From assembly GCF_001194135.2 (NCBI RefSeq), contig NC_068991.1:33063795-33107566 (forward strand): DNA of 43,772 bases. The letters run 5' to 3'. Shown here one piece after another: positions 1 through 12,066 of this stretch. The stretch comes from Octopus bimaculoides (taxonomy: Eukaryota). Both the position numbers and the translations under genes were made by a program. The notes beneath the pieces were generated by a model, which saw nothing but the letters and a program-made list of their open reading frames with translations, was not told the origin of the DNA and ran no database searches. Each line of letters opens with the position of its first letter. Positions within the stretch are counted from its first letter, which is position 1.

Positions 1-14
1 GGCAACATGAAAAT
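1..14 (-). CDS. VPS54: VPS54 coding exon start (IFMLP...), truncated by the window edge
   Basis: Long polypyrimidine tract plus ccag acceptor at 15-16, then ATT TTC ATG TTG CC. This matches human IFMKP, which follows VPK directly; phase 0 fits. Confidence 0.85.
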
Positions 15-71
15 CTGGAAAAGAAAAAAAGAAAAACAGTTTGAATTATTTTATTTTCAAAGTATCCTTTG

Positions 72-290
72 TTTACTCTTTTACTTGTTTCAGTCATTTG
101 ACTGTGGCCATGCTGGAGCACCGCCTTTAATCGAGCCAATCGACCCCAGGACTTATTCTTTGGAAACCTAGTACTTATTCTATTGGTCTCTTTTGCTGAA
201 CCGCTAAGTTACGGGGACATAGACACACCAGCATCAGTTGTCAAGTGATATTGGGGGATAAACACTGACACACAAACATACACACACACA
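72..290 (-). mobile_element. CORE-type SINE (octopus OR-like) with AAGAGT-type tail
   Basis: Minus strand has ataagtact...ctggggtcgat (CORE-like), then ggcggtgctccagcatggccacagtc and tail gaaacaagtaaaagagtaaa. Confidence 0.7.
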
Positions 291-324
291 CACATACATA
301 TATATACGTACACACACACACACA

Positions 325-360
325 CTAGCAATGTAGCCCGGCGTTGCCCGAGAAATTTAA
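325..360 (-). mobile_element. Helitron 3' terminus (GC hairpin + CTAG|T)
   Basis: Minus strand cgggcaacgccgggctacattgCTAGt. Confidence 0.65.
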
Positions 361-593
361 TTGATTTTAGTAATACTTCAAATCGATCTCACTGCGTACT
401 TCTCGTACTGATGCATAAATAACTTACATATAAAACAGGTGAATGTGGTAGAAAAATGTATATTTGGAATTAAAATTTATCTTTTCCTGAATTTTTAAAC
501 ATATTTAACTTTCGTAAATCATCATTCCTCTTTTGAAAGTTGAAAAATTCTGAGATGTTGTAAAAGGATATTAATAATAATAATAATAGTCAC

Positions 594-885
594 CATCATC
601 ATCGTTCAACGTCCGCTTTTCATGCTAGCATGGGTTGGACGATTTGACTGAGGACCAGATGGCTACATTAGGCTCCAATCTGATTTGGCAGAGTTTCTAC
701 AGCTGGATGCCCTTCCTAACGCCAACCATCTCGAGAGTGTAGTGGGTGCTTTTACGTGCCACCGGCACGAAGGTCAGTCAGGCAATACTGGCAACAGTCA
801 CGCTCAAAATGGTGTATTTTGCGTGCCACCTGCACAGGAGCCAGTCCAGCGGCACTGGCAACGATCTTGCTCGAATGTCTTTAAT
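594..885 (-). mobile_element. RTE LINE 3' tail (or SINE sharing it) with (GAT)n end
   Basis: Reverse complement of the 3' end of the RTE copy at 9902-11462, including the ggcgttaggaagggcatccagctgtagaaac motif. Confidence 0.8.
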
Positions 886-1404
886 AACATAAGCTAATAT
901 ATTTTACAGTGATGAAAGAAAGTGCCCTTTGTGAACTCATTTGTAGCTGCACTATATTGAAAGTGAAAGTGAAAGCCAAAGTGAAGCACTGTTACCCTGC
1001 CGAATTTAATGCAGACTGGTTAGTCAATTGTCTGAGTTTATACCCTCTCTGAACACCTTTTCAGCTGCCCTAAAGAAGATATTGTGATAGATGGCTGCAT
1101 TATGTGTGGTCACCTTTCAGTCAAACTGAAGCATACTTACCCTGCCCAATTCAATCCTACTTGACAAATCAATGACTATGAAGTCGCCCTTTTGAATACT
1201 ACATCCATCTGCCCTGCAGTAATAATGAGACTATGAAATTCAGTTGTTCTGCATAATAGTTAGACACCAAAACTTATAATCTTTACCTAATTTCTCGTAC
1301 TTATCGTGTAAAACATCTGTACGAATGTGGTTTGAGAACTGTCATTTCAGAGACCAACGTAATGTAAAGACGGGTTAAACATTTATGAATTAATTTGAAA
1401 TAAG

Positions 1405-2530
1405 CTAATCAAAGATATGCAGAAACTTACATAATACCTCATTGTAGACAATGTTTTTGGTTTTTTCCATTTGGAGTGTACGCGAAACGACTGTCCTTAC
1501 TCCCCACTCTTGAACATCCCACATACAGTTGGCCATGTGAAAAACATGATTCCTCCAAGTGTAGTCCTGCAATCGAAAGCGTCTGCCCCTGTGATTCATT
1601 GATCGACATTGCAAAACTGGTGCGAATGGGAAATTGAAGTCGTCTAAATGTAAAGGGGATATCAGCATCGGACGGAGTAAGTGGAATTCTGGGAATAAAA
1701 ACATCCTCTCCTGTTCCACACCCTGATATAATGGTTGCCTGAAGGGCATTTTGCATGGCTTTCTTTATCACAAGACATGTACCGTTGCAGAGTTTTGTTG
1801 GGTTTAGATTCCTAAGAAGCATAACAGGCGTTCCAACTTTCAGCCGAAGTTTGAGGTGGCAGTCCTGGAGGTTCAAGTGAATTCAGGAATTCGATAGGGT
1901 AGTTTACCACTTGGTCAGGGTTGGGAAAAGAATCCATAGATTTGTAGACATATAGACTACCAGGAATGACTTGCAGCAGCTGGTCATTTATTGCATTGAC
2001 CAAACTGTTTTTTGGGGCTAAAATAGCTCTTTCGCATAACTACTTAATGTCCCGATAGTTTTCATGTAGCCTGGGGAAGACTTTTGGATTAGAGGGTTCA
2101 CCTTGAAGAACAATGGTGGCTTCATTGCAAGATGGTTGATTATACCGGCCTGCATGCTCACCAAATGGATGTTTATCAGCATCTATGACAACATTAAAAT
2201 TGGGGCCTGACGCTATCTCTAAAGCATACTTGAAACTCTTAACATAACTATTTGTTTCATGAAGCATTTCCTGTAGCTGCAATATCAGTTGGAAGTTAGT
2301 CCCAGGTGATATGTTATTTCATTTTAGTGCCTGTTCTTGGTAGCTGCAAACGAAGTATAGTTGAAGAAACTGAGGCTCTTGGAATGCATCACGTTGAAGA
2401 GGTCCTATCCTTTGGTAAACCTGACCCTGAACTTTGAATGTAGGCATGAATCCATCCTCTCAGATGATATTTGCACCGAAACAGGTCATTTGAAACGCAC
2501 AGTTATACTTTTTTATGTTGTGTAGGAAGT
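1405..2530 (-). mobile_element. Helitron RepHel remnant, internally deleted (N-terminal region fused to PIF1 helicase C-terminus)
   Basis: FKVQGQVY, QEMLHETNSYVKSFK and EHAGRYNQP are N-terminal motifs. ERAILAPKN, LKVGTPVMLLRNL, RLQFPIRTSFAMSINESQGQTL and FSHGQLYVGCSRV are PIF1 helicase motifs. Frameshifts and stops are present. Confidence 0.9.
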
Positions 2531-2906
2531 GTCTTGAATCAGTAGTTGTTCCNNNNNNNNNNNNNNNNNNNNNNNNNNNNNNNNNNNNNNNNNNNNNNNN
2601 NNNNNNNNNNNNNNNNNNNNNNNNNNNNNNNNNNNNNNNNNNNNNNNNNNNNNNNNNNNNNNNNNNNNNNNNNNNNNNNNNNNNNNNNNNNNNNNNNNNN
2701 NNNNNNNNNNNNNNNNNNNNNNNNNNNNNNNNNNNNNNNNNNNNNNNNNNNNNNNNNNNNNNNNNNNNNNNNNNNNNNNNNNNNNNNNNNNNNNNNNNNN
2801 NNNNNNNNNNNNNNNNNNNNNNNNNNNNNNNNNNNNNNNNNNNNNNNNNNNNNNNNNNNNNNNNNNNNNNNNNNNNNNNNNNNNNNNNNNNNNNNNNNNN
2901 NNNNNN

Positions 2907-2945
<39 letters not shown>

Positions 2946-3118
2946 AGTAACAAACTAAGGAAAGGAATTCCTTTGAAGGGGTGTGTAAAACATCCAATTC
3001 ACAGGTAGATCAGTTGAATACCACATAAATAGGGGTATAATGCAAATTACAAACAATAAACTAAATAGAGAGATTCAATTGACAATCCAATAATTCACTT
3101 ATATTATAATATATAACA

Positions 3119-3576
3119 CTAGCAGCTGAGCCTGGTTTCACCCGGTCTGTTTGGATAATGTGGCTGTGATTGTTTTTGGTGAGGCATAATCTATAACAGT
3201 GTTTCTCAACCTTATCATTTCGGGTCCAGTTTCGATTGGAGCCTCCAGCTATACGAAAATTTCCTGACTCCCACCCCTGTCAGAAAACAGCTTCAGGAGT
3301 TGTGAAGAACAAATTTGTACAAGCGTGCTTGCACGTGTGTATGTGAGAAAGAGAGAGAGAGAGTAAGTGAGTGAAGGTGTGTCATGATGATTTGACATAT
3401 TTGTACATGGTCTGTTTCTGAGAGCTATTCTATTGGACCTCTTCCTAATCATTAAAACATTGATTTAATTATGAACATAGAAAGAAATTATACATTAATC
3501 CCTATTTTTGTAAGCAGTTGTATCCATAAAAAAATTTATTTGCAGAGAGCAAAAATTGAAAGATATATGAAATGGA
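3119..3576 (-). mobile_element. Non-autonomous Helitron-like element, copy 1 (continues into gap)
   Basis: CTAG terminus at 3119-3122 with adjacent hairpin-like segment; closely similar to 42883-43255. Confidence 0.7.
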
Positions 3577-4352
3577 NNNNNNNNNNNNNNNNNNNNNNNN
3601 NNNNNNNNNNNNNNNNNNNNNNNNNNNNNNNNNNNNNNNNNNNNNNNNNNNNNNNNNNNNNNNNNNNNNNNNNNNNNNNNNNNNNNNNNNNNNNNNNNNN
3701 NNNNNNNNNNNNNNNNNNNNNNNNNNNNNNNNNNNNNNNNNNNNNNNNNNNNNNNNNNNNNNNNNNNNNNNNNNNNNNNNNNNNNNNNNNNNNNNNNNNN
3801 NNNNNNNNNNNNNNNNNNNNNNNNNNNNNNNNNNNNNNNNNNNNNNNNNNNNNNNNNNNNNNNNNNNNNNNNNNNNNNNNNNNNNNNNNNNNNNNNNNNN
3901 NNNNNNNNNNNNNNNNNNNNNNNNNNNNNNNNNNNNNNNNNNNNNNNNNNNNNNNNNNNNNNNNNNNNNNNNNNNNNNNNNNNNNNNNNNNNNNNNNNNN
4001 NNNNNNNNNNNNNNNNNNNNNNNNNNNNNNNNNNNNNNNNNNNNNNNNNNNNNNNNNNNNNNNNNNNNNNNNNNNNNNNNNNNNNNNNNNNNNNNNNNNN
4101 NNNNNNNNNNNNNNNNNNNNNNNNNNNNNNNNNNNNNNNNNNNNNNNNNNNNNNNNNNNNNNNNNNNNNNNNNNNNNNNNNNNNNNNNNNNNNNNNNNNN
4201 NNNNNNNNNNNNNNNNNNNNNNNNNNNNNNNNNNNNNNNNNNNNNNNNNNNNNNNNNNNNNNNNNNNNNNNNNNNNNNNNNNNNNNNNNNNNNNNNNNNN
4301 NNNNNNNNNNNNNNNNNNNNNNNNNNNNNNNNNNNNNNNNCGTCTGGTTTTA

Positions 4353-4863
4353 CATTCTAAGTTCAAATGCTGCTGGAGTCAACTTTGCCTTTCATCTCCA
4401 AAAATGTCATTAAAATAAGTACTAACAAGAGCACTCATAGAGTGCAAACTTCTGGCAGGACAACACCAACATCCTCTCAACGATTAGCCGGAGATGATTT
4501 TTAAAATGAGAATATCTGAAATAAACTGGACCGCTCTCACAAACGAGAATATTAAAAATGAACCCAACCACTCTCAAAGATTAAGTAAAAAACAGGAAAA
4601 ATAATCCAGAGTCCCTGTCCAGTACCAGACCGATCCCAAAATCTAATCAGTTTGTCCCAGTCACAAGGCCAAACATCCTTGAAAGTTTCATCCGAATCCA
4701 TCCAGCGGTTCTTAAGATATCTTGTCCCTGGTCAAACAAACAAACAAATATGACTGAAAACAATACCTCTGCCTTCGCTAAGGCAGAGGTAATTAGACCC
4801 TGGACATGATGTGATTGACTCACCCTTCCTCTGGAATTGCTGGCCTTGTACCAAAATTTGAAC
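4353..4863 (+). mobile_element. CORE SINE split by a nested insertion
   Basis: agttcaaatgctgctggagtcaactttgcctttcatc...ataagtact ends at 4423. It resumes after 4793 with gatgtgattgactcaccc...ccttgtaccaaaatttgaac. Confidence 0.65.
4424..4793 (+). mobile_element. DINE-1/HINE-like (Helentron-type) non-autonomous element, copy 1
   Basis: 3' hairpin acctctgccttcgctaaggcagaggt and a CAAA microsatellite. Similar to 30757-31097, where the 5' subterminal repeat acctccaccaagg is visible. Confidence 0.65.
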
Positions 4864-4882
4864 CCAGTTTCATGAACAAGAG

Positions 4883-5092
4883 GACAGCAAGCTGACAGGA
4901 GCATTAGCACATCAAGCAAAATGCTTAGAGGCATTTCATCCAACTTTATATTCTGAATTCAAACACCACCAAGGTTGACTTTGCCTTTCATCCTCGAAAT
5001 GATCGATAAAATAATTACCAGTTGAACACTGGGGTCGATGTAATTGATTTACCCCTCCTCCAAAATTGCCTGCCTTGTGCCAAAATTTGAAC
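4883..5092 (+). mobile_element. Full-length CORE SINE with 19-bp TSD
   Basis: tRNA-like head (agcattagcacatcaagcaaaatgcttag...ctgaattcaaa) and CORE region (ataattaccagttgaacactggggtcgatgtaattg). TSD ccagtt[t]Yatgaacaagag at 4864-4882 and 5093-5111 (one mismatch). Confidence 0.8.
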
Positions 5093-5358
5093 CCAGTTTT
5101 ATGAACAAGAGTTTGATCAATCTGAGACTATAATAGAAGATACTTTTACAATGTGCTAAGCATGGAGATAATATACTATGAATATAATAACATTAAAAAA
5201 CCCTTAAAAAACCAAAAGAGACAATAATTTGTTTTGACTTATATATATTATTTGATTTATAAACAATTCATATCCATTTATATAAGTCTCTTCAAAGCTT
5301 TGGTTTAAAGACAGACAAAATTCTGTGTGAAAGTACAGCTGGATTGTAAAAAAAATTA

Positions 5359-5695
5359 CCGTATTTGATGGCTTATAAGATGCACAAGTGCATAGGACGC
5401 ACCCTGGCCTAGGCTATACTTTTGTAAAATAAATTACCACTAAAATAATGTTTTAATTCCTCCACATACCTGTATAACTTTATGTTATTATCGGTGATTA
5501 TAAGCAATTTATTGCATCAACATTCAATATAAACATACAGTAGGCGATTGTTCACCAATAGATGGCAGCACGTTTTGTAAACATACATACCATTTTGAGC
5601 AATTTTTGAGCCTACATTGAGTGCATTGGACGCAAGGGGATTTTTAAAACCATTTTGGGGTAAAAAAGATGCGTCTTATAGGCCATCAAATACAG
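5359..5695. mobile_element. pogo/Tigger-type MITE
   Basis: Terminal inverted repeats ccgtatttgatggcttataagatgca and tgcgtcttataggccatcaaatacag; TA on the left side. Confidence 0.75.
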
Positions 5696-5924
5696 TCATT
5701 CAAATGCCTATGTTTATGAGTGTGAGCGTTAACTTTTAAACTACATAACAATTACAATAAAAAAAATACGACAACAAAATTATAACAGACAAAACAATTA
5801 AGTAAAGAGAATCTACAACTATCGAAATACATTTCAATATATCTCAAATAATATTAATCCAAATTCGTTTAGGTCAAAGTCAATCTTTGACTATTATAAT
5901 AACATACAACAACAACATGTAAGT

Positions 5925-6187
5925 ATTTGTAGTTGTGGTCCCCGTGCTGGTGGCACGTAAAAAGCACCATCCAATCGTGGTCAATGCCAGCTCCCTCTGG
6001 CCCCTGTGCTGGTGGCACATAAAAAAAGCACCTACTACACTCTCAGAGTGGTTGACGTTAGGAAGGGCATCCAGCTGCAGAAACACTGCCAGATCAGACT
6101 GAAGCCTAGTGCAGTCTACTGGCTTCCCAGACCCCAGTCAAACCGCCCAACCCATGCTAGCATGGAAAATGGATGATGATGATGATG
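5925..6187 (+). mobile_element. RTE 3' tail with (GAT)n end
   Basis: gtgctggtggcacgtaaaaagcacc modules, ttaggaagggcatccagctg, and cccatgctagcatggaaaatggatgatgatg. Confidence 0.8.
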
Positions 6188-8544
6188 AAATTAAGTGTCA
6201 GGGTCTTACTTAATCTAGAGACTGTAATAAAATGTGTAAATAAATATAAATGACAACATAGTATTATATTGGTAATATATAACAACTCTTCACTTTTATT
6301 ATTGAGAGTTATTGATATAAAAAAAAATTGTTTAAAGTAACTAACAAAAAAATGTTCTTTATTTACTTAGTTTATCAGAGGGAGAATTCCGTAATAAATA
6401 TGAAGAGAAACTTAGAGCTACAATAACTACAATCTATATTACCACATAAATATAGTTAGGCTATAATAATGGATATCAAAATGTCCCTATATACGTATAT
6501 TATGGAAGGGAGAACTCAGTAAATAAAATAAAGTAAGATAAGCAAAAACAAGGATTTAGTACCAATCCAAGATAAATCTAATCAGTATTATTTTTTAGAT
6601 ACAGGACTATAAATAGTATATATCCAAATTTTATTCATTCTTTCAGGTTTCTCTTCATATTAATTTAAAGACCATTGCGTGTGTGCGTTGAAACAGATAT
6701 TGTTATATTTGGGATGGCCATTTTTTTTCTTTTTGCCAAATAAACACATGCACTATATACTTGTTCTTCACTTCAGCTTTATAATTGTTCTTACGTTAGA
6801 GTCATTTGAAATCTTTTGTCACAATCCTGTGACCTCTTCAGCAACTCTCCATTCCATGTATCTCCTCCTGTCCTGTTTAGTCCATTCTGTTTTTCACAGA
6901 ATGGACTAAACAAGGATAAACAACACTAAAATAAGAACAATAATAAAGCTGAAGTGAAGAATGAGTATATAGTGAGTTTATTTGGCAAAAAAAAAAAATT
7001 TACCATTTTGAAATATAACATTGTGTGTGTGTGTACACATATATATTTGTTGCCTGCCAAACTCACCTTACTGCCCCACAACATTTTATACTCTCTTTGC
7101 TTAACCATGTTTATGTCTCCCAGTCTTTCTTCACTAATAGTCCCACCTCATCTCATTTGTAGTACTCAGCCACACACTCTCACTGTTTCTCTCTTGGGTT
7201 ACCTCTATTACCATCCAATACCTCCTGTTCCCTCTATCACATTACTCACCATTATATCCCTAGGATGCCATCTAGAATTTCTTTCTCTCCCTGCACCCAC
7301 TCAGTTCCACTCTATTCCTTTCTCTCAACATCCTCTCTCCACCACCTCCCCATCTGAGATGATTTTGCAGCATCTACAGTTTGGTCTTCCCCTTTTCTCT
7401 ACCTCTATGGTACTCATGCCTCTCTTTCTCTCACTACACTTACCTACTGCTCCTTCATCTTCTGCTTCATTTTCTCTCATTGTGTTCTCCCCACATCTTC
7501 TCTGCATCACTTCTCATCTTTCTGTCTTCCCCTCCCACCTACCACTCATGACCCCCACACCCCTCTTTCCTTCAGCAACTCAGAATTTCTCTACACCCTT
7601 CCTGTCCCATTTTCCTCACACCTTCAGTCCATATTAGCAGTTGTGGAGCATGTTCTGAAAGTCCATATTTACAACTTTTAGCAGTTGTGGAGCATGTTCT
7701 GAAAGTATAGTAGACAGAGGAAGATCAGACTGGAGAGAGTTCAGAGAGCTAGTAACACTGTTGGTAACAAAAAATGAAAGGCATTATATAGTCTGCTGTT
7801 GTAATTATATGAGAGCCGAGTTACATATTTTATCCTTCTTTCTGTACTACCAGTTATCCCTCCCTCTCCCAATAATCACTTCCTTTTGACATCCATTCTT
7901 CATCCTCAATATTATCCCTTTCTACTGATTACCCCTTTTGTACCATCAGTAATCACTCGTTTACCTGAGCTACAGCTTATAACTGCCATATCTTATTCTT
8001 GATAGCATGCAAGACACACATTAAATGATGATGATGGTGGTGGCGGTGGTGGTATATAATTTGTGTGTGTGTATTTCCATGGGTCTTCATATTGTTATTG
8101 TTGAGCAAAAGCAGTAACAATATACTGCTTTTATACATATAAATATTTATATATATTTCTCATAAGCAATAAATAACTGAGTTAAGATCCTACTGCATAG
8201 TACTGCTAAGTGTCTTCGACTATACCAATAGACAAACCAATGCTTTGTCAATGAAATTTAGTAGATGGAACTGTGTGAGTGTGTACGTATATGTAAGCAT
8301 GGAAATGTCTGTACAGTTTTCTGCTTTCTTCACATTGTTACTGTGTGAAACAACAGAATATTTACATCAAGAGATACGTTGGTAGCACAAAGGAGAGGGT
8401 GATGAAATATGTAAAGAAACAGTACCACAGTTAGAAGGCTGATGATGGGTATTACAAAACTGAGTTGTAGGGAAGGCTCAACAGGTATAGATTGTGTGCG
8501 AAGGCATATACATTAACGATATTCTTTCAGGACCTAATTTTTTG

Positions 8545-9210
8545 CTGAAATGTACAGGTCTTCTCAAGGACAGTAAATCACTTATCATCTCGGTCCTTGT
8601 CATTTCCTCTTTAATGCTAAACAACCTGAGGTTGGTCTTCACTACTTCATTGTTTGTCTTCCTGGGTCTCCCTCTTTCAGAGGTTCCATCAACATTTCAC
8701 AATTAGCACTACTTTATGCAGCTTCTCTCATCCATACACAACACATGACCATACCAGTGCAGCCTTCTCTCTTGCACACTACATTTGATACCGCTTATAC
8801 CCAATTTTTCTTTCAATACATTTGCACTTTATTGTATGCGCTCACAGACATTGCACATCCAGTAGAGAATGTTGGCTTCATTTCTTTCCACTCTTTACAT
8901 GTCTTCTGCATTCAGGATCCATGTCTCACTATCAAGTAGCATTGCTGTTTATACTCAAGTATCATACAATCTGCCTTTCACTCTGAGAGTGAAACTTTTT
9001 GTTACTAACAATGTTTGTAGCTCTCTGAACTTCTTCCAGTCTGTTTTTACTTGGACTGCTATACATTCAGAACATCCTCCTCCATTGTTAATGAGGTCAC
9101 CTAGGTAACAAAACTACCTACAACCTCTAAGGGTCCTCATGAGCATTCAAGAAGATCTATTTTCCATGTGTTCTTAGAGCAAACACCATACGATGTACCC
9201 AGTGCAAACT
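8545..9210 (-). mobile_element. RTE LINE fragment (RT C-terminal region), diverged
   Basis: Reverse-complement similarity to the plus-strand RTE ORF at 9902-10748. Confidence 0.75.
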
Positions 9211-9537
9211 ATATCTATTAGTGGGGCTCATGAATATTTCACAGAATTAATAGTAAACTTATTGGGTTAGTCCTGAAAACTTTATCAAAAAAAAAAAAAA
9301 AATGAAAGCATAGCCTCTGTTGTGCCTGTTACAAAAGATAAGTCGCTCATCTGCTATTTATTGAAAAGTGAAGGAAATTAGAATACGATGATTACTTAAT
9401 GCACTCTATATATATACTTTATGCGCAATTTTATAGACTTAATACATACCACTCATAAAATAAATATTCACTCTTATTTTTCCATTTTCTCCATAAACGG
9501 AAAAAACTGCGTCCTAAAATTTACATGGGCACAATTT

Positions 9538-9891
9538 CATCATCATCATTATCATCATCATCGTTTAACATCCGCTTTCCATGCTAGCATGATTTGGACA
9601 ATTTGACTGAGGACTGGTGAACTAGACGGCTACACCAGGCTCCAATCTGATTTGGCAGAGTTTCTACAGCTGGATGCCCTTCCTAACGCCAACCACTCCG
9701 AGAGTGTAGTGGGTGCTTTTACGTGCCACTGGCACGAAGGCCAGTCAGGCGGTACTGGCAATGGCCATGCTCAAAATGGTGTATTTTACGTACCACCTGC
9801 ACAGGAGCCAGTCCAGTGGCACTGGCAACGATCTTGCTCGAATGACTTTTCACGTGCCAGGAACGCTAAGCTGCAGCACAAGTGCCAAGAA
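9538..9891 (-). mobile_element. RTE 3' tail, inverted relative to 11130-11462
   Basis: (CAT)n then cgtttaacatccgctttccatgctagc; high similarity to the reverse complement of 11130-11462. Confidence 0.85.
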
Positions 9892-9901
9892 NNNNNNNNN
9901 N

Positions 9902-11462
9902 AACCAAAGTCCTAATAGGTGGGAAGGTAGACAAAACACAAACCCCTTCAGGTAGATGGCCCTGCTCGATCTGTAGAAAAGGTGTAGGTAGAAACTCCAT
10001 AAGATTTACCCAATGTAAGCTATGGACACATAAGAGGTGCAGCAACATCAAAGGAAGGCTAACTAGCAAGATAGTTTTTGTGTGTGGCAGATGCTCAGGA
10101 GCAATAAACACTGAAAATGTGCAGAAAACAACCTTTGCCACACTCCAGGGAGAAAAACTAGAAGTAGCTGATAACTTCCGCTACCTAGGTGACCAAGTTT
10201 GTAGTGGGGGAGGGTGCCCTGAAAGTGTAGCTGCTAGAATAAGAATAGCCTGGGCAAAGTTTAGAAAGCTCTTACCTCTGCTGGTGACAAAGGGGCTCGC
10301 ACTCAGAGTAAAAGGCAGACTGTATGACGCATGTTTATGAACAGCCATGCTACATGACAGTGAAACATGGGCCGTGACTGCTGAGGACATGCGTAAGCTC
10401 ACAAGAAACGAAGCCAGTATGCTCCGATGGATGTGTAATGTCAGTGTGCATACTAGACAGAGTGTAAGTACCTTGAGAGAAAAGTTAGACCGAAGACGCA
10501 TCAGTTGTGGTGTGCAAGAGAGACGATTGCGCTGGTATGGACATGTGGCAAGAATGGATGAGGATAGCTGTGTAAAAAAGTGTCACACCCTAGCAGTTGA
10601 GGGAACCTGTGGAAGAGGTAGACCCAGGAAGACCTGGGATGAGGTGGTGAAGCACGACCTTCGAACTTTAGGCCTCACTGAGGCAATGACCAGTGACCGG
10701 GACCTTTGGAAATATGCAGTATGTGAGAAGACCCGGCAAGGCAAGTGAGAGCATAATCTGTGACCTCTGCCAGAAGTGTAGCCAGCTTACTTATTCGTAT
10801 CTTTACTTCATTGGACACTAAAAACTCTGCTTGCGAAGACCTGTTGAGGCAAATGAATTTGGAATTTGAAATCTGAAATCATAATCGAACCGAACGCAAC
10901 GTTTTGCACCCATGCCAACCTCTCCGTCTTTGGACACTGAACTCTGCTTGCGAAGACCTGTTGGGACAAGTGAAATCAAAATCGTAATTGAACCATACTC
11001 GTTGACTGGCACCTGCGCAAGTGGAGCACTAACAGCACTCTCCGAGCATGTTCATTGCCAGAGCAGCTGTCTGGCTTCCGTGCTAGTGGCCCACAAATAG
11101 CACCTTTTGAGCATAATCATTACCAGTGTCGCCTTCTAGCACTTGTGCTGGTGGCACGTTAGAAAATCATTCGATTGAGGTCGTTGCCAGTGCCGCTGGA
11201 CTGGCTCCTGTGCAGGTGGCACGTAAAGAACACCATTTTGAGCATGGCCGTTGCCAGCACCGTGTGACTGGCCCTCGTGCTGGTGGCACGTAAAAGCACC
11301 CACTACATTCTCGGAGTGGTTGGCGTTAGGAAGGGCATCCAGCTGTAGAAACTCTGCCAGATCAGATTGGAACCTGATGCAGCCTTCTGGCTTGCCAGTC
11401 CTCAATCAAATCGTCCAACCCATGCTAGCATGGAAAGCGGACATTAAACGATGATGATGATG
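9902..11462 (+). mobile_element. 5'-truncated RTE LINE (RT C-terminus, 3' UTR, GAT tail); fairly young
   Basis: FRYLG, RIRIAWAKFRKLLPLL, SETWA, RRLRWYGHVARM and GRGRPRKTW motifs, with few disablements; ends in cggacattaaacgatgatgatg. Confidence 0.92.
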
Positions 11463-11599
11463 TAAAATATAGGGGTCACAATTTCATGGAGTGTAAGAAT
11501 TTAATGCAACATGGCATACTCTGAAAACTACACCATTGGTAACTTATAAACCAAGGGGTTGGGTCAGAGTCAATACACATTTCAGTTTGCAAACACCTT

Positions 11600-11830
11600 T
11601 CAACCCAATACTTCTTTGCAGACTATGTTCTTTGTGTAAGTTCTCCCTCTTCTTTTCCCTTGTTTGTCAGTGTTGATAACTTTAACTCTCGCATCAGATA
11701 ATTTGCGAACCCTTAAGAATGCAACATATAGCTGACTATGGCCGAATACAGGTTCAAGCAAGAACAGCCCCACTATATCAAATGTCTTTCCATGTGATTT
11801 ATTGATAGTCATTGCATATGACAAGTGAAT
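11600..11830 (-). mobile_element. Helitron PIF1 helicase C-terminal fragment (second family)
   Basis: YAMTINKSHGKTF, PVFGHSQLYVAFLRV and TKNIVCKEVL. Confidence 0.8.
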
Positions 11831-11967
11831 GGAAAACTAATTTCTTTCTAAAGTGAATGGCAAGTTTGGGATGCACGTGCATTAAGTGATAGGTGATATA
11901 AAAAACTTAATTCAATTAAAAATAAATACTTTTCACTACGCATTCACCATCGCCACCTCCACCACAA

Positions 11968-12007
<40 letters not shown>

Positions 12008-12066
12008 AATCTCACCATTAGAACAACAACCCTCTGCTAAAATTATATTCTTAACTCCCTTAACTA

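Noticed and set aside
685-897. Recurrent ORF MAEFLQLDALPNANH (also 9652, 11136, 12152)
   Set aside because: It is the antisense reading of the RTE 3' tail, starts at TTG in the copies checked, and differs in length between copies; not a gene family.
990-1380. Possible piggyBac end (cgggTTAA at ~1372-1379)
   Set aside because: No matching second TIR/TTAA end and no transposase similarity found.
2513-4418. Long ORFs in the track (also 21428-22378 in part, 36994-37896 in part, 41868-42115)
   Set aside because: They are open only because N runs translate as X; these are assembly gaps.
6398-6660. 14-bp perfect inverted repeat atatgaagagaaac / gtttctcttcatat
   Set aside because: No TSD or further arm similarity in very AT-rich DNA; too weak to call a MITE.
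6954-7637. 227-aa ORF
   Set aside because: CT-rich low-complexity sequence with no motif, antisense within an intron; resembles LINE 3' UTR sequence.
7634-7706. 29-bp direct repeat with a 44-nt period
   Set aside because: Only two units; a simple local duplication, not CRISPR-like, in a eukaryotic context.
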